From: Octopus vulgaris
Lineage: Eukaryota
Length of the DNA: 64,000 nucleotides
Reading direction: 5' to 3'
NCBI GenBank assembly: GCA_951406725.2
Contig: OX597827.1
Coordinates: 77,004,001-77,068,000 of the forward strand
Shown: in pieces, positions 55,193-64,000 of the stretch
How positions within the stretch are numbered: the first letter of the stretch is position 1
How the letters are laid out: every line of letters begins with the position of its first letter
Program-made: the position numbers and the translations under genes
The notes under the pieces: model-generated
What the model saw: the letters and a program-made list of their open reading frames with translations, nothing else
Told to the model about the DNA's origin: nothing
Databases searched by the model: none

Positions 55193-55992
55193 TATATATA
55201 TCATCGTCATCATTTAACGTCCACTTTCCATGCTGGCATGGGTTGGAAGGTTTGGCTGATGACTGGCGAGCCAGGAGGCTGCACCAAGCTCCAATCTGAT
55301 ATGGCAAGATTTCTACATCTGGATGCCCTTCCTAGTGCCAACCACTACTAGACTAGTGTTTCCTTTTAACATGCCACCTGCGTGGGAGCCACTTGGTGGG
55401 TGTTGTGGCATTGACCACATTAGGATGGTGCTTTTTATGTACCACTGCCACGGGAGCCAGTCAGGGTCCTCACACACCCACATGTATGTATTTTTCAGTG
55501 ACGGATTTCTTTACAGTTTCTCTCTACCGATCCATTGTATGTGACAGCCTTTGTCCCAGATGCCTTGTAGTGGGACGGGATCTGGAACAATGTTGCTCCA
55601 AAGTAACTTTCTTAATCACACTGTCGAACCAGTTATCATTGTGGGGGGGAGTATGAAGGAACCCCCTCGGGAGATTTTCAAGTTCTACCCCAAAATGACC
55701 ACGAGTCTGAATCTCTGGTGCTATCTGCTAACAGGGGTCACGTTTTAGAAAAGGTGGCATTCAACTGGGATTCTTCTAGATTATATACGGAACACTTGAT
55801 TGTAAGACCGCTTGGTCAGAGATACGTACTGGGTGCTGAGTGCTCCAGCATGGTCATGGCCGTGGTGGTTAAAACAGACTAAGAAAGTGTTTTGTGGTTA
55901 GTGTAAAGAGAGGTGCCATCTGTACAATAATGGCACTGTTTATGCAGCACGTAAGTGGCCAGCTGTTTTCACAACAGTAACATTATTTAGAT

Positions 55993-56389
55993 CAACGGTT
56001 TTCAACCATGCTGGCATGGGTTGGAAGGTTTGGCTGATGACTGGCGAGCCAGGAGGCTGCACCAGGCTCCAATCTGATATGGCAAGATTTCTACATCTGG
56101 ATGCCCTTCCTAGTGCCAACCACTACTAGACTACTTGGATGGTATGACTGGGGACTGGCAAACCAGAAGGCTGTGCCAGGCCCCAATCTGATATGGCAAG
56201 GTTTCTACAGCTGGATGCCCTTCCTGATGCTAACCACTCCAAGAGTGTAGTGGGTGCTTTTTGGCCTTCCTTTTATAAAATCTAATAAATTTTTCCTTAA
56301 TTGACTTGATTTTTACTTTGCTTTAGTGTGCCCTCACCCCCTTAAAAACATCCGGGTTTTGCATCTGATTCAGTGGCTGGCAACCACTG
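55993..56389. mobile_element. Degenerate hAT-like MITE interrupted by SINE-A pieces
   Basis: CAACGGTTTTCAACC ... GGCTGGCAACCACTG with imperfect 8-bp flanks ATTTAGAT/ATTTAAGT. Confidence 0.45.
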
Positions 56390-57682
56390 ATTTAAGTAGG
56401 GTGGGAACAAGGTTAAGACAATAGAGAAACATGAACATATACATACTTATATAATATTTAGGTATGTATATAAAGCATCATGTCAGCAGGTTTGAGAGAT
56501 TTGTTTAGCCACATAGCTTCCATAGGGTTACAGCTGTTTCACAACCTTTTCCATATATTATTTCATTATACAAGAAATTATACATGCCTGTTTGTATTAA
56601 TACGTATGCTTGAAGCTGGTGAGCTGGCAGAATCGTTAGTGTGCCAGGCAAGATGCTTAATGGCATTTCGTACATCTTTACATTCTGAGTTCAAATTCCG
56701 CTGAAGTCGACTTTGCCTTTCACCCTTTTAGGGTCAATAAATTAAGTTGAGCACTGGGGGTCGATATAATCAACTGTTCCCCTCCCCTAAAATAAAGGCC
56801 TTGTGCTTTTAATAGAAAAAATTAATATGTATGCTTGGCATTATGCAGTGCAAGTATGATAGTTGCATTAGTGTATGTATATTTATGTATACAATATGTA
56901 TATATAGATATATTTGTGTACATACATTTAATTAGAAGGTTATTGCACACAATACTATGAAACAGAATCAAGTGATGAAATAACTGTGGACTATCATTAA
57001 CTTGGTTTCATCTTGGTGGTGATTTCTTGACCAATTTGTCCAGCATTACTCTCTTCTGTCAGCTCAAATGTTATTGTTGTCTACAACCATTGCTGGTCAT
57101 ATTTGTTGAAGGTCTCTTTAACCTTGCCACCTTAGGTGGCCTCACCAGGATCACTAGGCTCCTGATAGCATTAGTATCAGTCACTGATCCATGTAAGCCT
57201 TCCACTACAACAAAAAACCAAATATATATATTTATACACAAGCCTAAGACATGACCACCTTGAAACAGATGTCGGGGTAAGACTATGCACATAAAACTGT
57301 ATAAAATAAAGGTGACGATGATAATTAAAAAGATTCAGGCATGAACTGACCAACACAACCCTAAGATGTGGTTTGAGGAAGATTTATTTCTGTGCTTCTC
57401 AACCAAGACTGGACAGTCATGGCCAGAAAACCTAAGGACATAAGTCTATTCAAGCAGGGCTGAACTAACATTAAACAACGACCAATATGCAAGAAATAAC
57501 TGCCAAATCTTCCTCAAATCCTCATCCCAGTATGTTTAAGGGGAAAAAAGAGAGATACATTGACACACCATGCCTGAGTATGTCACAAGAGGAAGGAGTA
57601 GTCACGAATGGAAAGCCTTTTTCTTTTTAATGGTTTTGTGAGAGGAGGAAGGGACAGGTGAGAGAAAGTTTATCCTTAATCT

Positions 57683-58966
57683 AGCAAAAGTATATTTCGG
57701 GGTAATTGGTTAAAAAAGTTCCCCAACCCTTGCTTTAGGTGATGTGTGCTCATATTACATGAAATTCATTCATGTACGGAGACTTTCAAATGCCATACTG
57801 CACCATGCTCCAATCTGATCTGGCAGTGTTTCTACAGCTGGATGCCCTTCCTAAAGCCAACCACTCCGTAAGTGTAGTGGGTGCTTTTTATGTGCCACCG
57901 GCACAGGGGCCAGAGTAGGCTCACATACGACCACGATCGGTTGGTGCTTTTACGTGTCGCCGACACAGACGACAGTCAGGCGGCGCTGGCATCGGCCACG
58001 TTTGGACAGTGCTTTTTACGTGTCACTGGCACAGGTATCTTAACTACAATTTCCATTTGATGTTGGTGTTGATGTACTTGACTCAATAGGGCTCCTCAAG
58101 AACAGCGGGTCACTCTACGGTCCAAGGTTGGCACAACAGGCTGTCCTGCAAGCCATGAACTCACTTCATATATATATATATATAATCCTTTAGCATTCAG
58201 GTTCCTCTGTCAAGTATAATGCTTATGTATCCACATTCTTTTGAATTAATCGTGCATTGTAGTGTAGGTTCAAAATTTCTAAGATATGATTGTTTTTCTG
58301 TAGAATGGCATTGTCAGGTAGGTTCCAAAGGCTGGATCTAACCAGTTTGAACGTAGGGCAGGTAGAAATTTGAGTTGCATATATTGCTGGTTTAAACACT
58401 AAAGGGTTACTAAATCATTAGATACATGCAGCAGAAACCTGAGAATCAAAACCAACATATCCATTTGTGATGGCAGATGTGTAAAGGCGGCGAGGTGGCA
58501 GAAACGTTAGCATGCCGGGCAAAATGCTTAGCGGTATTTCATCTGCCGTTATGTTCTGAGTTCAAATTCTGTCATGGTTGACTTCGCCTTTCATCCTTTA
58601 GGAGTTGAGAAATTAAGTACCAGTTACGCACTGGATTCGATATAATCGACTTAATCCCTTTGACCCCTCTATGTTTAGCCCCTTGTGGGCAATAAAGAAA
58701 TAAGATGTGTACACGGATATTCAAATTGCTACTGCAATATCAGCAGAGAATATCTCCTCCTTTTAGATAATGTCTGTTCACAAAACCCCCACTTTAAATT
58801 CATTGATCTAGGGCTAGATTTGACAGAAGACATACAATGAGGTTGAAACTGCATGGCATTTGAAAGTCTCTGTACATGAATGAATTTCATGTAATATGAA
58901 CACACATCATCTAAAGCAAGGGTTGGGGAACTTTTTTAACCAATTACCCCAAAATATATTTTTGCT
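57683..58966. repeat. Inverted repeat, arms 57683-57796 and 58853-58966
   Basis: GGGGTAATTGGTTAAAAAAGTTCCCCAACCCTTGCTTTAG vs CTAAAGCAAGGGTTGGGGAACTTTTTTAACCAATTACCCC. Confidence 0.95.
58483..58702 (+). mobile_element. tRNA-derived SINE family C with Meta-like core (copies 13160-13380 -, 24760-24925, 25657-25875, 30520-30695, 56612-56820)
   Basis: GAGTTCAAATTC B-box, then GCCTTTCATCCTTTCGGGGTCGATAAATTAAGTACCAG, which resembles the MetaSINE domain. Confidence 0.85.
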
Positions 58967-59344
58967 GACATTGTCCCTTTTATTTGAATGGAAGAACAAG
59001 GAACATTTAATTTTACTTATGTCTAATGAGTCCTCATTGCTCCCAAGAATTTCATTTTTACCCTGGTTCACTGACCCTTCATCTAAAGGAAGGAGATGTT
59101 CTTTGATGCCAAAATACAACAGCAATTGGTGTGTTCCCATTTGAATCTGCTTGAGTGTATTAAAAATGGATAAGGGCACAGACATGGTTGTGTGGTTGAG
59201 AAGCTTGTTTTCTCAACCATGTCATCTTGAGTTCAAACCCACTGCTTGGCACCAAGGGCTGGTGTTTTCTTCTGTGAACCAAAGCCTTGTGAGTGTATTT
59301 AGAAGATGGTAACTAAATATATACACACGTGTGTACGTGCAGCC

Positions 59345-60243
59345 TTCTTTGGATGTCATGTGATCGTTGTCCTCATACAAGTGACCTTGTTTGTTTCCAG
59401 TCTTCCATGAGAAACATATCTGGCCAATACAGTAATACCTCACTTTATGAGACCCAAGGTTTGTTTTTCAAGCACAAGATCCAAATTTGAACGAAATGCA
59501 AATGCTTCTGGGTGATACCAAGAAATTTATAGAGAGCAAATTAAGCTTCTGATGAACAACTCTAGGCTTATTCACATTATTGTTGTTCAGGTGACTGCTT
59601 GGAATCGAACTCAGAATCTTGGGGTTAGAAGCCCATACTCTTAACCGCTACGCCATATGCCTGAATCATCATCATCATCATCATTTAACGTCCGCTTTCC
59701 ATGCTGGCATGGGTTGGACGGTTCAACTGGGGTCTTGGAAGCCAGAAGGCTGCACCAGGCCCAGTCTAATTTGGCAATGTTTCTACGGCTGAATGCCCTT
59801 CCTAATACCAACCACTCCGAGAGTGTAGTGGGTGCTTTTTACGTGCCACCGGCACTGGGACCAGAATAATAATAATAATAATAATAACATTGAAAAATAC
59901 CTTAGGAATGAGAACTAAGGTTCGAAATTTCCCCAAGACACCTGATGAAGGCTGGAAATGTTGTGCTAACAGCAATCAAGATGAGGACAAATATCCATCA
60001 ATTGTAAATAAGCCTAGAGTTGTTTGCTTAGAAGAAGCTTATTTTTGTTCTCTATAAATTTCTTGGTATCACGCAGAAGCATTTCGTTCAAAATTTGGAT
60101 CTTGTGCTTGAAAAACAAACCTTGTAAACCTGGGGTCTTGTAAAGTGAGATATTACTGTATTGGCCAGATATGTTTCTCATAAAAGACTGGAAACAAACA
60201 AGGTCACTTGTATGAGGACAATGATCACATGATATCCAAAGAA
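59345..60243. repeat. Inverted repeat, arms 59345-59576 and 60003-60243
   Basis: For example GTCCTCATACAAGTGACCTTGTTTGTTTCCAGTC vs GACTGGAAACAAACAAGGTCACTTGTATGAGGAC. Confidence 0.95.
59570..59661 (-). mobile_element. tRNA-derived (Arg-TCT-like) SINE head
   Basis: Reverse complement GGCATATGGCGTAGCGGTTAAG...GGGCTTCTAACCCC...GAGTTCGATTCC has A and B boxes but no paired acceptor stem. Confidence 0.65.
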
Positions 60244-60479
60244 ATCAAATATAGCAACATTTTTGCCCTCAGGCATTTTCAATTTCTATAATTTTTTTTT
60301 TTCAGTCCACCCTAGGGTGTAAATCGTAAGTTGGGAGAAATTTGAAATGGGTATATTTCTGATTGTATAGATTTTGTTGAAGTCTAAATTTTAAATATTG
60401 CTAGCTTGAATAATCGTTTTTACTATTTTTTATTTCTTATCGAACAAGTCATAAACATTAATAAAGAATTAATCTGTAG

Positions 60480-61100
60480 AAGTGTAATTATTCCGCACCA
60501 GCAAAAGTGCTGGGGAGATTGTTAGAGCAACAATGCCAAACCTACTGTTTTTAGAGTTGTGGCCAATTTGAAGAAAAGCCAGGATCTTCAAAGACAGTGT
60601 CACAGTCCTTGTAATGACTGAAAATGCACACCTCGTTTCTTAACAGGACTTAAAAGATTGATTGAGTCGAACCCATTAAAATCGATGGTGAAGTTGGCTC
60701 AAGATTGAGGAATCGGTCAAATGACCATTTCTAGGGCTCTAAGATAAGACCCCCATATAAAATCGTATGGGAGGAGACTCTGTAATATCCTAACTACCTG
60801 ATCCAAAGCCATTGAAGCTGAAAGAAATCCCAAACTTCTTAGTCATCTGGAGACGTCCGCATCTTCGTAGATGAAAAGAAGTTCGTGGTAGACGAAGTTA
60901 CAAACTATGAAAACTCATGAGTGATAGCATATGACCCCTCCTGAGTTCCTTTAGCTGTGCATAGCAAGAATCCCAACTTTCATTATGGTCTTTGGAACTG
61001 GGGCAAGTGATGGGAAATTGATGCCTCCCCATTTTATTGAAGCAGGTCTTAAAATCAACACAGCAGAGGGTCTCAGAATCTTAGAAGAAGTTTTGTTGAC
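60480..61100 (+). pseudogene. Degenerate Tc1/mariner transposase, maT/DD37D-like
   Basis: Manual translation: RIFVDEKKFVVDEVTN..., IMVFGTGASDGKLMPPHFIEAGLKINTAE, with stops and frameshift. Truncated by a SINE at ~61125 before the second Asp, so the subfamily is tentative. Confidence 0.75.
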
Positions 61101-62279
61101 TTTGGATTAGAAAGCATTATAATGCAAATCCACTCACAAGGCTTTGGTCGGCCTGAAGCTATAGAAGAAGACGCTGGCCCAAGGTGCCACATACTGGGAC
61201 TGAACCCAGAGCCATGTGGTTGGGAAGCAAGCTTCTTACCACACAGCCACTCCAAATATATGTATATATATATCACGTAAAATGCACCAATCTGATCGTG
61301 GCCACTGCCAGCCTCGCCTGGCACCTGTGCAGGTGGCACGTAAAAAGCACCCACTACACTCACGGAGTGGTTGGTGTTAGGAAGGGCATCCAGCTGTAGA
61401 AACACTGCCAGATCAGACTGGGCCTGGTGCAGCCTCCCGGCTTCCCAGATCCCCGGTCGAACCATCCAACCCATGCTAGCATGGAGAACAGACGTTAAAC
61501 GATGATGATGATGATATATATATATATACATATATACATGTATATATCTTTGTGTGTGTGTCCAGCCAGTGCTTGACAACCAGTGTTGGTTTGTTTACAT
61601 CCCTGTAACTTAGCAGTTCAGTAAAAGGGGCCAACCAAATAAATACCATGTTTACAAAAAGAAATAAAATAAAAATTCCTCCTGCAGTCTATTCATTCAA
61701 CTAGAAATTCTTCAAGGTGCTGCCCCAGCATGGCCGCGAACTAACGACTGAAACAAATAGATGATAAAGGATGATAAATCGGCCTTGAATTTATTATCGT
61801 TCCAAGTTGTCGGCTTCGGGGTTTCATAATGGGAATGCTTCAGACCTTGGGGTGAGTGAGTTACTCGCTATCAAACAATATCTGTAATCTTTGCACTCTC
61901 AATCACACCACCGCCCCCAACCTCTTTCCTCCCCTCACACCACCCCCTCTTTCGTCCCCCCCCCCCTGTAATTTGCTATTTTGTTTCATTGTTGCTTTGG
62001 ATATAATTAATCAACCTTTGATTCTGTAACTTTAATTAAGTCAATGGCGATTGTTTGCGTTCTGTCGTTTTAAGTATATCACAATCTCACGTTGTCGATA
62101 TTCGAACGAGTTCAAACAATGTGAAGCGAGATCACAGTGAACCTGGTGAGACGACAGAAAACTGTGGCTGAACTTAATTTACTTCGTTCAGTGTGTTTTT
62201 GTTTTTGATTTTGTTTTGAACAGGAAGAAGAGGAGGGGTGACGGATGTGGGAGGAGGAGGCATCGTAGGTCTTTGAAGG

Positions 62280-63200
62280 TCTGCATAGACTGCAGGATCA
62301 GGTTAAGGTGAGGGAGGAGCTAGGTAACTTGGGGGTGGTGTCAGGGTAACCAGGGGTGGTTCACGATAAGCAAAGGAGGAGGAAAGTACAAGTGAAGGTG
62401 AGGGAGGACTTAGGGTAACCAGGGGTAGTTCAAGTTAAGCAAGGAAGGAGGTAGGTTGCTAGGGGAGGTTCAGATGAAGTGAGGGAAGAGGAAGGTAACT
62501 AGGGTAACAAGGGGTGGTTCAGGCTAAGCAGGAGAGGTAGGTAATTAGGGGAGGTCCTTGTGAAGTGGGGGTGGAGTTAAGTAACTGAAAGGTGAGTTAT
62601 ACAACTAAGGAAACAGTCAGATAATCAGAAAGGGTCAGAGAAGTGGAAGACCTTATTAAGGTAGATTGGTTAACCAAGAAGTGTCAGGTAACCTAGAGCA
62701 GGTCAAGTAACTGTAGGAAAGGCCAGGTAAGCGAGAGTGGTACAGGTGACAGGGAAAATGGTCAAGTAACTGAGGTATGGGTAATTGAGAGGTAAGTGGG
62801 GAAGGAGTAAGGTAATTGAGGGAGAGGTTACATAATTGGGAAGATCCAGGTATCTCAGGGTTGTTCAAAGAAAGGGAAGGAGAATTCAAATCACCTGAAG
62901 CAGGGCTCAGGTGACTACATGAAGTTTGTTAGTTTTAAAAACCTAATAAGAGGTTCTGGAAAGCCCATAACTTTTCCAGAGTCAATAGGGGAATGGGTCT
63001 TGTAGTGGCACTTTTTTGCAAATATTTTAATAATACACAGTCCACTGGATTACAGGTTCAAATCTGGAAGTAAGTAGAGGCAGCTCAAATAGCTAAAGTG
63101 GAGGGGTCAAGTAACTGAAAGAGAGGATCAAAAGATTGATGGGGAGGAGCCAAATAAGTGAAAAGGCGGGAGCCAATTAACTGGTGGAGATAAGGGGGCA
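62280..63200 (+). repeat. Degenerate purine-rich tandem repeat with recurring (G/A)GTAAC(T/C) motif
   Basis: Repeated AGGGTAACCAGGGGTGGTTCA..TAAGCA and TCAAGTAACTGA blocks. Confidence 0.6.
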
Positions 63201-63641
63201 ATTATGGCTGTTTTATTTCTGGATATCTGCATGAAACTAGACTGCATTTGAACTAGAAAGCTTTATAGAGCATTACAACTCTTAGTCTAGAAATAAAAGG
63301 TTTCTGGTTCTAATCTTGTCTGGTATTATGTACACAACCCGGAATAAAACACCTGATGGTCAAACTGATCAAAATACAATCTTAAAAATTAGAAAATATT
63401 GGTTAATGAGTGGGTCATGGATGGAATGTCTTTTATCAAAGATCTGTTCAGCTATGGTTGACCAGGGGCTTAAACACCAACAACTATGTTAACATTAAAA
63501 CAAATGTAGTACTAGATACACTATGCCTGAATTAATGATTGTATGGTCATGGCCAGAAGGGCTTTGATTGTGGGTCTGTTTATTCAAGACCAACCTGGAA
63601 CTAAACAATAGCAACAACAACAACAACCATTCTAAGATTAA

Positions 63642-63970
63642 CCCTTTCATTATCATATTTCTGCTGAGATGCTGTGTTCTTTCAATTACTTTAAACATGA
63701 CAAAGAATTTAGTAAAATAATTTGGTTATCATTCAGCTAGTGTTAGGAACATAAATTGTGACAAAGGTTTGGTGGAAGATTTAATCCAAAACTTTCAGAG
63801 CCAGAGGCAGTTTCAGCCGGGTTGGTAATGAAAGGGTTAAATAATGAAATTGAGGCAGTGAGCTGACGAAACCATAAGGTTTAGTGGAAAATTTTAATTC
63901 AGAATTTTAGAAAACAAGACATTTGTACTCAGAGCCAGAGGCAGTTTCAACCAGGTTGGTAATGAAAGGG
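63642..63970. mobile_element. TTAA-flanked MITE (63642-63836) plus duplicated 3' part
   Basis: TTAA|CCCTTTCATTA...TAATGAAAGGG|TTAA; same internal sequence as 49400-49619. Confidence 0.85.
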
Positions 63971-64000
63971 TTAAGAATTGTTTCTCTATTATACATTTTA

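Noticed and set aside
55256-55280. CTGATGA-CTGG-CGAG-CCAG resembling a hammerhead (also at ~56034)
   Set aside because: GAAA is replaced by GAGG, there is no stem I, and other SINE-A copies lack the core; judged chance.
59590-59661. Possible tRNA-Arg gene (likewise the heads of SINE families B-D)
   Set aside because: Acceptor stem does not pair and there is no pol III terminator; these are SINE heads.

Overview
Eukaryotic, AT-rich, microsatellite-saturated genomic DNA. The SINE families, the (TA)n/(CA)n/(GAT)n load and the gene type point to a coleoid cephalopod, most likely Octopus (inference). Only one convincing protein-coding region is present: a single-coding-exon C2H2 zinc-finger gene (ATG 50116 to TGA 52101, 11 tandem fingers plus 2 C-terminal fingers). 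It has a splice acceptor at 49957 and a candidate non-coding first exon about 26 kb upstream (donor at 23600). Almost all other ORF-track entries are translations of simple repeats or SINEs. Mobile DNA includes a DD36E Tc1 remnant, a Penelope-like RT/GIY-YIG remnant, a mariner/maT-like remnant, RTE LINE fragments, a complete non-autonomous Helitron, TTAA-flanked and hAT-like MITEs, and at least four SINE families. Three signals stand out. (1) About ten minimal hammerhead-ribozyme motifs occur, most in ~170-200 bp non-coding elements that end in (TA)n. (2) Three long inverted duplications of locally unique sequence bracket SINE/microsatellite inserts. (3) The zinc-finger recognition code predicts binding to TGG/TGA trinucleotide microsatellites, which are abundant at the locus itself. 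All coordinates were read by eye, so repeat boundaries are approximate.
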